Assembly: GCA_027449865.1 (NCBI GenBank)
Contig: DAIDKV010000004.1
Location: 8,253 to 72,252, forward strand
Origin: Planctomycetales bacterium
Lineage (GTDB): Bacteria; Planctomycetota; Planctomycetia; Isosphaerales; Isosphaeraceae
Length of the DNA stretch: 64,000 nucleotides
Direction: 5' to 3'
In this document: one piece after another, positions 47,727 through 56,253 of the stretch
Numbering within the stretch: the stretch's first letter is position 1
Layout of the letters: each line of letters opens with the position of its first letter
Notes under the pieces: generated by a model
The model's database searches: none
Seen by the model: the letters and a program-made list of their open reading frames with translations, nothing else
Told to the model about the DNA's origin: nothing
Translations under genes and position numbers: made by a program

Positions 47727-49523
47727 TCACGACGGCGGCAGGACATATCCCAGCTTTCGGAGCCGGGCCCTGAGGGCTGACTCGTCCTCGGCCCGGAACA
47801 CGAGGCTCCGATCGCCGGCCCGCTGGCAAAGTTTGGCGAGCGGTCGGTCCGCGGCCAGGAGCTGGGCCGTCTCGGCATCAGCGCATTCGATCAGCCGGAC
47901 GGTCCCCAGGTCGCGGAGGCGACCAGACTGCTCCGAGAGGTCGGCCATCAAAACCTGCACCGGCTGGGGCAGGGGGCCCTGTCCGTTCTCGACCAGGAAC
48001 GCCTCCAGCTCGGCGGGAGCCATCCCGCGCTCGACCGCGGCGAGGATCTTCCCACGATCCAGTTTCCAGACCGAGTCAGACGTCCGCTCGGCCACGCGAT
48101 CGAGCATCAGCACGTCGGACGGGTCGGGAGGGCGTTGCAGGGCAACCACGTCCTGGTTCGGCAGGATGCGGAAGTGGGGTTCCGACGCCGAGGGCTCGGG
48201 ATGATATTCCTCGGCGAGGTCCAGGCACCAGGCGCCGAGGGGATTGAGCCGGAGGAATTTGAGGCCGTCGTAGCGGCTCAGGCAGCTCAGATCGTCCGCG
48301 CCCCATCGCGAGGAGAAATCGTCGCGGGCGTCGTGCGGCGGGATGTAGGCCACATCGATCAGGCCGAGCGTGGCGGCCGGCTCGAAGAGCATCGCCAGGA
48401 TGAACCGGCCCTGAAGCTGCTCCCAGGTATGCGGATCGTCGTAGCCGAGCGAGCCATACTGCGAATCGGAGATGTACAGATCCCAGTCATCGCGGCAGAC
48501 CTCGAACCGAAGCCCCATCGCCCGGATGTACCGGAAAAAATCGTCGACGCCGACCCATCGGCCAGGCGGACACCCGCGGAGCGCCTCGACAACCTTCTTC
48601 CGTCGCCCCGAGACCGCGGTAAGGCCGGCCTTACGCTGGCCCTTGATCGCGTCGACCCGGTGAAACTCGTCGAAGTCGGTCGTCGTGAGCCACCTCCGCC
48701 AGGCGATGCGCAGCACGACATGGGGCGGCTGGTTCAGGGCCTTGCGCCCGGCCTCGGTCAATTCGAGGATGTTCCGGGACGTCGCGGCGAGCCCCGCCGC
48801 CTGCACCAGCGCCGGCCAGGCGGCGGCCCGGATGGTCAAATCGTTCACGGGTTCGTCGCGATACTCGCGGGACACGGACGGATCGAAGAAATCCCCGTTG
48901 GTCAGCACGGAGCGAACCGCGTCGATCGTCTCTCCGATCGGCCGACGGGTCTTGTCACTGACCCGGACCCGGCCCGCCTCGATCAACCGGAGGACCGCAC
49001 GAAGCTCGCGTTCCGCGACCGGAGCCGTCGCGCGGATGCGGAGCGGAACTTCCTCTTCCTCGTGCGAGGACTCCGGCCCGAGGTCGATCGTCTCGGGTAG
49101 TTCGTCGATCGTGGCGATCGTAAAGGCCGGAGGCGGGGGGACGAAGGATTTGAGGATCGCTTGCACGTCGGTCGGGAGCTGCCAGTCTCTCGGCAGGAAG
49201 AGGGCCAGGGCCGTCGGGGTTTTTCTCACGCCGAACGATGGGGAACGGCCGTAGCTGGCCCGGAACCGCTCCAGGTCCAGCAGACCGGCCGGGGCGTGCG
49301 TCGCCTCCTGCACGGCCGACCGGTTCGTCTCGTCGAGCGCCTCATAGAGCCGTCGGACGTTCGCCTCGCGCGACATCGTGTCGGCCAGAAATGGGACGAG
49401 ATCTGTCTTGCGCGTCGGCGGATCGGCCGAGACGAGCCTGGAGAGAGGCCGGAGTTCATCGAGGGTCAGACGCTCGTAACTCGCAAGGGTTCCTAGCCGG
49501 GGAACGATCATGCTTCGAACCAT
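47727..49523 (-). CDS. large hypothetical protein (598 aa, soluble)
   Basis: Long ORF with balanced composition; the opposite-frame ORFs are Arg/Pro-rich. It weakly reminds me of helicase-associated (XPB-neighbour type) proteins, but no catalytic motif is seen. Confidence 0.65.
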   Translation of the reverse strand: MVRSMIVPRLGTLASYERLTLDELRPLSRLVSADPPTRKTDLVPFLADTMSREANVRRLYEALDETNRSAVQEATHAPAGLLDLERFRASYGRSPSFGVRKTPTALALFLPRDWQLPTDVQAILKSFVPPPPAFTIATIDELPETIDLGPESSHEEEEVPLRIRATAPVAERELRAVLRLIEAGRVRVSDKTRRPIGETIDAVRSVLTNGDFFDPSVSREYRDEPVNDLTIRAAAWPALVQAAGLAATSRNILELTEAGRKALNQPPHVVLRIAWRRWLTTTDFDEFHRVDAIKGQRKAGLTAVSGRRKKVVEALRGCPPGRWVGVDDFFRYIRAMGLRFEVCRDDWDLYISDSQYGSLGYDDPHTWEQLQGRFILAMLFEPAATLGLIDVAYIPPHDARDDFSSRWGADDLSCLSRYDGLKFLRLNPLGAWCLDLAEEYHPEPSASEPHFRILPNQDVVALQRPPDPSDVLMLDRVAERTSDSVWKLDRGKILAAVERGMAPAELEAFLVENGQGPLPQPVQVLMADLSEQSGRLRDLGTVRLIECADAETAQLLAADRPLAKLCQRAGDRSLVFRAEDESALRARLRKLGYVLPPS

Positions 49524-49881
49524 CTCATCCGCTACCGTGATCTCGACGACTTCCCCTCCCGCAGCTCCCTCCCCATGTTACGAGATCGTGCGCGCCGGCG
49601 ACATCGGGTGTCGGACTCGCGGGCGCTCGGAAAAATGGAGACTCCTCGCTCACCACCATTCCGAGCGACGGCCGGCGTCCCCGCGGACTGGCTTGGCCCT
49701 CGGGCCGCGCACACCAACCCGAAGCGCCCGCGAGGGGCCTCCCACGCTGGGCCCGCCTCGGTCTCCGGAACCCTCGCTAGCGCTTCGGGTTAGTGGGCCT
49801 CGCTCCGCTCTTCCAGTTGGTGGTGAGCGAGGAGTCTTGAAAAATACCCCCGCGCCTCGGCGGAGGCGCTGGGGGCGTCGA

Positions 49882-50985
49882 TCACAGCAGGTTAACGATC
49901 CGATCAGCGAGCCCCTTCTCGCCGAGGACAACGCTGAGCTTGCCGTTACCGGCAACCTTCTCCAGGACCTCCAGCTCCCGGAGCCGCATCAAAACCGGGT
50001 TCTCGGCGAGCAGCTTCGCCGTGTTCGCCTGGCTCCGAAGCGCCGCGGTCTCCTCACGACGAGTGACCAGGTTGGCCTCGGCGGCCTTGCGAGCCTCGGT
50101 TACGCGGTTCATCAGCTCCTTCATGTCGCCCGGCAGAATGATGTCGCGGACGCCCGCCGAGAGCACCTCCATCCCGAGCGCAAGCGACCGAGGGCCAAGT
50201 AGCTCCTCGACCTCGCGTGCCACGACCTCCTTGTCGGCGAGCAGGGCATCCAGCTCGCGAGCCCCGACCACGGCCCGGAGCGCAAGCTGAGCCTCTCGGT
50301 AGAGGGCCTGTCGGGCGTCGTCAGCCGCGTCGAGGGCGCGTCGAGGATCGACGATCCGGTAGTTGACGATCGCATTGAGCCGGAGCGTCACCTTGTCGGC
50401 CGTCATCACGTCCTGGCCGCTGACATCCAGCGACGCCTCCCGCAGATCCACCTCCACGACCTTCGCCTCGGCCTCGCCCCTCCAGAAAGCGTAAATCCCA
50501 GGCGCGAGCGTCTCGGTATACCGGCCGTCGAGGAACAACACACCCGCGCAGCCGCGGTTGACCGTGCAGATGTCGAGCATCGCCGAGACCGACGACCGCG
50601 CGATGGCGCGCAGGTCCTCGTGCTCGAACCGCGACCGACGAGCGTCGACGACCTCGACGCGAACGTCCCTCGGCTCGGTCCAGTAAGCGTACAGCCCCGG
50701 GGGCAAGATCGCGGCGAACCGGCCGTCGATCCAGACCAGCCCCCGCTGATCATCCTTCAAATCGACCACCAGCGCGAGCCCCTTCAGCGCCCCCGAGGCG
50801 ACGATCAAATCGAGCTTCTCGTGAGCGAGCCGAGGCGCCCGTCGCGAGACGACCTCCACCGAGACCTGCCCGAGCGGGTCAAGGAACCAGTGCGTCCCCT
50901 CGCCGAGCAGGCCGACGAACTCGCCATCGCGGAAGTGGAGGCCGACCTCGTAGCTCTGGATCCGGTAGTTTTTCATCGGGTACAT
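49882..50985 (-). CDS. SPFH/band-7 (slipin-like) protein with a triplicated N-terminal module
   Basis: C-terminal half 'TADKVTLRLNAIVNYRIVDP...GMEVLSAGVRDIILP...EA+KAAEANL' is the SPFH core plus coiled coil. The start is set at MYPMKNY, with GGAGG 8 nt upstream; the track ORF extends to 51297. Confidence 0.8.
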   Translation of the reverse strand: MYPMKNYRIQSYEVGLHFRDGEFVGLLGEGTHWFLDPLGQVSVEVVSRRAPRLAHEKLDLIVASGALKGLALVVDLKDDQRGLVWIDGRFAAILPPGLYAYWTEPRDVRVEVVDARRSRFEHEDLRAIARSSVSAMLDICTVNRGCAGVLFLDGRYTETLAPGIYAFWRGEAEAKVVEVDLREASLDVSGQDVMTADKVTLRLNAIVNYRIVDPRRALDAADDARQALYREAQLALRAVVGARELDALLADKEVVAREVEELLGPRSLALGMEVLSAGVRDIILPGDMKELMNRVTEARKAAEANLVTRREETAALRSQANTAKLLAENPVLMRLRELEVLEKVAGNGKLSVVLGEKGLADRIVNLL

Positions 50986-51345
50986 CGATCGCCCTCCTCG
51001 CCCCGGGCCTCGACCGCGGGGCCTTTTCTCAACGCTTCGTGATCGCTCAGAGTGAAGGGCCGTCGGGAGCCGGCGCGTCCGCCGGTCACAGTCGGTTATG
51101 CGGGGTGGCGCCCCGATCGAAACGGCCGCCGGTCCCGTGCCGCCCCGGCAGGACAGGCCCATAGGAGACGGGCTCCGACCTGCGTCGACGGCGGTGATCC
51201 GACGGCGCGCGACGTCGGGAATCGCGCACCACAGGGCCAACCTTCCTGCTGCCGACGTCCGACCCCGGAAACCCAGGGCCGATCGTCGGCCGACCAAGCG
51301 GACGTCCGACCCCCTCGGGCCGGCTGTTGGAGACCTTTTCAGGGT

Positions 51346-51418
51346 CTAGGTGGACGGGAGTCGAACCCGCGACACCCGGGTTTGGAGCCCGGTGCTCTAT
51401 CCGCTGAGCTACCAAAGA
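51346..51418 (-). tRNA. tRNA-Trp(CCA)-like gene with a non-pairing acceptor stem (possible pseudo-tRNA)
   Basis: On the minus strand: D-arm GCTC-AGCGGATA-GAGC, anticodon stem CCGGG/CCCGG with loop CTCCAAA, T-arm GCGGG-TTCGACT-CCCGT. The acceptor strands are TCTTTGG / CCACCTA, so pairs 2:71, 3:70 and 4:69 are pyrimidine-pyrimidine mismatches. Confidence 0.6.
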
Positions 51419-51563
51419 CGGAGGCCGCGGGGTTTCGAATCCCTGCACGGGACACGACGGGCCGATCGCCGACCGGCGAGGCCGTCGCGCCGCGGGCCGC
51501 CGCATGCCTCTCGTCGGAAGGATGGAGACCGTACCCGCCCCTGATGTTCGCGCGAAAAAACCG

Positions 51564-51943
51564 ATTCACCACAGAGCCACAGCGCGGCCGAGCCGCCTCC
51601 CATCAGAATGAATTCACCACAGAGCCACAGAGAGCACAGAGAAAAATCTTCGTAGAATACATTGCGTGAAAAAGTGGCTCTGTTATTTATAGTGATGAGA
51701 TTGTACTCGGCGTACAAGATTCTCAAGTTTAGTAGTGCAGAGATTTAATTTTGCTGGGATTTCTCTGTGTCTCTGTGGTTAACTCTTGTCCGACGCCTTT
51801 CCTCAGGTCGTCACAGATGTTCGATCTTCCTGGGATTTCTCTGTGTCTCTGTGTCTCTGTGGTAAATTCTTGTCCGGCGCCTTTCCTCAGGTCCTCACAG
51901 ATGTTCGATCTTGCTGGGATTTCTCTGTGTCTCTGTGGTAAAT
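51564..51943. repeat. repeat family 2 (CACAGAG-rich): two left copies, an AT-rich core, then 2.4 tandem inverted copies of a 76-84-bp unit
   Basis: ATTCACCACAGAGCCACAG occurs at 51564 and 51612. Inverted units starting CTGGGATTTCTCTGTGTCTCTGTGGT lie at 51754-51829, 51830-51913 (with an extra CTGTGTCT) and 51914-51943 (partial). The AT-rich segment is 51651-51753. Confidence 0.8.
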
Positions 51944-52045
51944 CGTCCGGGATTTCTTCGCATTCGGCCCGCACGCCTGCTAGGATGACCGGGCCTGCGT
52001 GCGATGGCTCGTGAGACGATGCGGGGCAGGGGGGGGATGTTATCC

Positions 52046-54970
52046 ATGTCGGCGGCGGTCTGGAGTACCGATCAGGTCCTGGCGCTGGCGCCCGACGCCT
52101 CCTCGGCGAAGTCGGGGAAGGACCTCGGCACGCCGCGGAAGTGGGTCCGACTCGGCCAGGCCGAGGGCGTGATCTGGGGCGAATGTCAGGGGAGCGGATC
52201 GACTCCTTACAGGGTCCAGGTTGAGCTTTCCGAGCCGGCCTTTCACTGCTCGTGCCCGAGCCGAAAATTCCCCTGCAAGCACGGCCTGGGTCTCCTCCTG
52301 ATCTGGGCCGGACAATCCTCGGCGCTTTCCCAGGGAGACCCGCCGACGTGGGTCTCCGAGTGGCTCGAAGGCCGCGCCCAACGAGCCGAGAAGAAGGCCG
52401 CGAAAGATCAGGCGAAGCAGGAAAAAAGCGAGCGCGGCGAGCCGGCCATCGATCGGGTCGCGAAGCAGAAGCGGGAATCCGCGCGACGGATCAAGGTCGT
52501 TGACGGCCTTGACGAGCTGGCCCGATGGCTCTCCGACCTCGTCCGTCAGGGTCTTGCCGGCGTCTCCGACCGCCCGCCCAGCTTCTGGGACGACCGCGCC
52601 CGCCGCCTGATCGACGCCCAGGCTCCCGGCGTGGCTCGCCGGGTGAGACAGCTTGCCGACCTTCCGACCACCGGCGAGGGCTGGCAAGGCGCCCTGCTCG
52701 ATCGGCTTGCCCGTCTTCATCTGATGATCGAGGCGCATCGACGGATCGACTCCCTCCCGCCCGATGTCCAGGCCGATCTGCGCGCCGCCGTCGGCTACCC
52801 GATCGATCTGGACGAGGTCCGCGCTGGTCCCGGATTTCGCGACCACTGGCAGGTCGTCGGCCAGCGGACAGAGCGTGAGGAGATGCTGCGCGTTCGTCGG
52901 ACCTGGCTCGTCGGCCGCACCACCGGCCAGCCCGCGCTCCTGCTCGACTTCTCCCACGTGAGGCAGCCGATCGCCGAGGTCTCCATCCCGCCCGGGGCCG
53001 AGATCGATGCGGATTTGTCGTTCTTCTCGAGCGCCTTCCCGCTCCGGGCACTGGTGAAGGCCCGACACGGGGCACCATCGGCGATCGCCGAGATCGGCGG
53101 ATTCTCCCGGATCGCCGACGCCCTGGCCGCCCACGCCGGTGCGATCGCAAAGAACCCCTGGCTGGAAACCTTCCCGATCGTCCTCCTGGGCGTCGTCCCG
53201 GTGTTTCGCGACGAGCAATGGATCGTCCGCGATGCCGAGTGCCGCGCGCTGCCGATCTCTCCGAGGTTCGAGGGCGGATGGAGCCTGCTCGCGGCCTCCG
53301 GCGGTCGGCCAATCTCGATCGCCGGCGAATATGATGGCGCGTGTTTCTTACCGCTCTCGACCGTGATCGATGGCCGGTTCCGGGCGATCGTCGGACCCGA
53401 GGCCGAGGCGCGGGCGACCGCCTTGCCATCCCCCGAGGGACCGCCCGAGATCGCCCGGGCCTGGCAGCAGGCGTCGGCCGTGGCGATGGTCGGCGTCGCG
53501 CGGAAGCCGGCCGCGATCGAGTTGCCCGACGGACCGATCGGTCCCGCGTTGCAGAAGATCCAGGGACAGGAGCCGACGGCGGCCCTGCTGGGTTCCTCGG
53601 CCCTTTTGACACTTTACGCCCGCGCCGGGCAGAGACCACCCACGGACGACGGCCCGATCCCCGATCCAGCCCCCAGGGATCACCGCCCCGAATGCCGGCC
53701 CGAGGCCGCGAACCGACTCCGCTCGATGATCGGCGGGCCCTACGTCGCGATGATCGAGGAATGGCTCGACCTGCTGGCCGAATCGGGGTGCCGGCTGCCC
53801 GACGATTTGCTTGTCGACCTGATCGATCTCGGGCGCCGCGAATCCGTCTATCGTCCGATGCTCCAAAAAGTCGTCAGCGCACGGGGCCGATGGCTCTCGG
53901 CACAGAACCCGACCGCGTGGGGCTACCTCGGCGGCGAGGCCGGGCGGGACCCCGAAGAGGTCTGGCAGACCGGGGCGAAGAAGGAGCGGCTGGTCGCCCT
54001 CCGGGAACTCCGGGCGAGCGATCCCGCGAAGGCCCGCCATCTGATCGCCACAACCTGGTCGACCGAGCCCGCCGACGGCCGCGCCGCGATCGTCGAGGCG
54101 CTCGGCGAGGGGCTCCAGCCCGAAGACGAGCCGTTCCTGGAATCGGCGCTCGACGACCGGGCGAAGACGGTCCGGCGCGCCGCCGCCGAGCTGCTCCCGC
54201 GGCTGACCGGCTCCCGGCTCTCGGCGCGGATGGCCGAGCGGGCGCGGGCCTGCGTCCGGTGGAGCGACCAGGGCCTCATCGTCGACCCGCCGAAGGCGTC
54301 CGACGCCGCGATGGTCCGCGACGGCGTCGAGCCGAAGCCGCCGGTCGGCACGGGCGAGCGGGCCTGGTGGCTCCGCCAGATCATCGCCGCGGCGCCGCTG
54401 TCGACATGGGCGACTACTGACCTCCCGACCCCCGATCGCCTGATCGCATCCCTTCGTTCGAACCCGTGGGGACAGGACCTCTGGATTTCCTTGTCCCGCC
54501 CCGTCGTCCGCGAGCGAGACGGAGACTGGGCTGAGGCCCTCCTGCGGAACCTGCCCGGGGAGGAATATGGACTCCCCGGCCTCATCCGGGGGCTTCTCCA
54601 ATCCATGGGCCCCGACCGTCGCGACGCGATGATCCTCGAATCCCTCCGCGTCGAGGACCGCGTCTTCCGGCCCGGCAGCCCGACCTTCCACCTGCTGTAC
54701 ATGATCCAGGCACCGATCGGCGAGGAGCTGGCCCGCGAGGTGCTTCGACACATCCGCGAGGAGATCGCGGCCGACGGCGGGGAGTCGAAGTACGACCGGT
54801 TCTTCTGGGCTTACCTCAACGCGCTGGGGAGTCGGGTCCCGCCCCATCTGGCGAGCGAGGTCGAGGGTGTCTCGCCCTCCGGCGATCTCGGCCACCTCGT
54901 CCAGTACTTCCATCAGTTCGTCAGCACGCTTCAGCAACGCCGCGAGATGCACCAGGAGCTCGCCCGATGA
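52046..54970 (+). CDS. SWIM zinc-finger protein fused to a long helical-repeat region (YehQ/DUF5691-like)
   Basis: 'VLALAPDASSAKSGKDL', 'WGECQGSGSTPYRVQV', SWIM 'FHCSCPSRKFPCKHGLGLL' (CxC..CxH), followed by about 850 aa of Leu/Ala/Arg-rich helical sequence. The ATG at 52046 is preceded by a G-run RBS; the longest ORF starts at 52004. Confidence 0.8.
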   Translation: MSAAVWSTDQVLALAPDASSAKSGKDLGTPRKWVRLGQAEGVIWGECQGSGSTPYRVQVELSEPAFHCSCPSRKFPCKHGLGLLLIWAGQSSALSQGDPPTWVSEWLEGRAQRAEKKAAKDQAKQEKSERGEPAIDRVAKQKRESARRIKVVDGLDELARWLSDLVRQGLAGVSDRPPSFWDDRARRLIDAQAPGVARRVRQLADLPTTGEGWQGALLDRLARLHLMIEAHRRIDSLPPDVQADLRAAVGYPIDLDEVRAGPGFRDHWQVVGQRTEREEMLRVRRTWLVGRTTGQPALLLDFSHVRQPIAEVSIPPGAEIDADLSFFSSAFPLRALVKARHGAPSAIAEIGGFSRIADALAAHAGAIAKNPWLETFPIVLLGVVPVFRDEQWIVRDAECRALPISPRFEGGWSLLAASGGRPISIAGEYDGACFLPLSTVIDGRFRAIVGPEAEARATALPSPEGPPEIARAWQQASAVAMVGVARKPAAIELPDGPIGPALQKIQGQEPTAALLGSSALLTLYARAGQRPPTDDGPIPDPAPRDHRPECRPEAANRLRSMIGGPYVAMIEEWLDLLAESGCRLPDDLLVDLIDLGRRESVYRPMLQKVVSARGRWLSAQNPTAWGYLGGEAGRDPEEVWQTGAKKERLVALRELRASDPAKARHLIATTWSTEPADGRAAIVEALGEGLQPEDEPFLESALDDRAKTVRRAAAELLPRLTGSRLSARMAERARACVRWSDQGLIVDPPKASDAAMVRDGVEPKPPVGTGERAWWLRQIIAAAPLSTWATTDLPTPDRLIASLRSNPWGQDLWISLSRPVVRERDGDWAEALLRNLPGEEYGLPGLIRGLLQSMGPDRRDAMILESLRVEDRVFRPGSPTFHLLYMIQAPIGEELAREVLRHIREEIAADGGESKYDRFFWAYLNALGSRVPPHLASEVEGVSPSGDLGHLVQYFHQFVSTLQQRREMHQELAR

Positions 54971-56124
54971 GCAAGGCCGTCGGCAAGACAAAGTCGCCTC
55001 CCGCCAAATCGACGGCCGCCGTCCAGGCCGCCTCCGAGGACGCCGCCGTCACCGTCCTCCGTCGACACGCCGAGGAGCAGTTCGCCGAGGAACTCTCGGC
55101 GTTCCGGAAGGCCGACGACCGCCCGCGACCGCCCCAATGGCAGCTCTCACCGTGGGCCGTCTCGACCTACCTCCTCGGCGGCAAGCTGCCGGACGGGTTC
55201 GTCGTCTCGCCCAAGTACATCGGCAACCGACGATTGATCGAGATCGCCGTCTCGACGCTCGCGACCGACCGCGCCCTGCTCCTGCTCGGGGTGCCGGGAA
55301 CGGCCAAGAGCTGGGTCTCGGAGCACCTGGCCGCGGCGATCTCGGGCGACTCGACCCGGCTGGTGCAGGGGACCGCCGGCACCAGCGAGGAGGCCATCCG
55401 ATACGGATGGAACTACGCCCTCCTGCTGGCGAAGGGCCCGTCGATGGAGGCGCTCGTCCCGAGCCCGCTCATGCGGGCGATGAAGGACGGTCAAATCGCC
55501 CGGATCGAGGAATTGACCCGCATCCCGGCCGACGTCCAGGACACGCTCATCACGATTCTCTCCGAGAAGACCCTCCCGATCCCCGAGCTGAACGCCCAGC
55601 TCCAGGCAACGAAGGGCTTCAACGTGATCGCCACCGCGAACAACCGCGACAAGGGCGTCAACGACCTGTCGAGCGCGCTGAAGCGGCGGTTCAACACGGT
55701 CGTCCTGCCGCCGCCGTCCACCGCCGAGGAGGAAGTGGATATCGTCCGAATTCGGGTCGAGGCCCTGGGGCGTGCGCTGGAGTTGCCGGCCGAGCCGCCG
55801 GGGCTGGAGGAGATCCGTCGGGTCGTCACCGTCTTCCGCGAACTGCGCGACGGCCAGACCGCCGACGGCAAGACGAAGGTCAAGCAGCCGAGCGGGACCA
55901 TGAGCACCGGCGAGGCGATCTCGGTCGTGAACCAGGGGCTTGCCCTGGCGGCGCATTTTGGCGACGGCGTTTTGCGTGCTGGGGACGTCGCCTCGGGACT
56001 CGTCGGCGCCGTCGTGAAGGACCCGGTGCAGGATCGGGTCGTCTGGCTCGAATACCTCGAAGCCGTGGTGAAGGAACGCGACGGCTGGAAGGACCTCTAC
56101 CGCGCCTGTCGCGAGGTGAGCTGA
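54967..56124 (+). CDS. MoxR-type AAA+ ATPase (AAA_5, YehL-like)
   Basis: Walker A 'GVPGTAKS', Walker B-like 'IARIEELTR', sensor-1 'VIATANN', 'LSSALKRRF'. ATGA overlap with the SWIM gene. Confidence 0.88.
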   Translation: MSKAVGKTKSPPAKSTAAVQAASEDAAVTVLRRHAEEQFAEELSAFRKADDRPRPPQWQLSPWAVSTYLLGGKLPDGFVVSPKYIGNRRLIEIAVSTLATDRALLLLGVPGTAKSWVSEHLAAAISGDSTRLVQGTAGTSEEAIRYGWNYALLLAKGPSMEALVPSPLMRAMKDGQIARIEELTRIPADVQDTLITILSEKTLPIPELNAQLQATKGFNVIATANNRDKGVNDLSSALKRRFNTVVLPPPSTAEEEVDIVRIRVEALGRALELPAEPPGLEEIRRVVTVFRELRDGQTADGKTKVKQPSGTMSTGEAISVVNQGLALAAHFGDGVLRAGDVASGLVGAVVKDPVQDRVVWLEYLEAVVKERDGWKDLYRACREVS

Positions 56125-56154
56125 AACGGGAACGCTGCTCGCCCGGGTGGTCTC

Positions 56155-56227
56155 TTGCAGGAGCCGGCTCCAGCCGGCGATCTTCGAAAGATCGAGAGCC
56201 GATCGAACTCGCCTCGAAGATCGCCGG
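56155..56227. repeat. family-1 palindromic element copy in the moxR-downstream spacer
   Basis: TTGCAGGAGCCGGCTCCAGCCGGCGATCTTCG is the reverse complement of the 33.1-33.4 kb core with one substitution. CCGGCGATCTTCGA (56174-56187) and TCGAAGATCGCCGG (56214-56227) form a perfect 14-bp inverted repeat. Confidence 0.7.
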
Positions 56228-56253
56228 AAAATCCCGGAGGACTCGTCGTGGAC

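Noticed and set aside
51427-51446. A second tRNA next to the tRNA-Trp-like gene (GCGGGGTTTCGAATCCCTGC looks like a T-arm).
   Set aside because: I could not build D or anticodon arms or an acceptor stem around it on either strand. I kept it only as a note inside the tRNA-Trp finding.
51729-51974. 81-aa minus-strand ORF with repeated 'TTETQRHREIP'.
   Set aside because: Translation artefact of the CACAGAG-rich tandem repeats.
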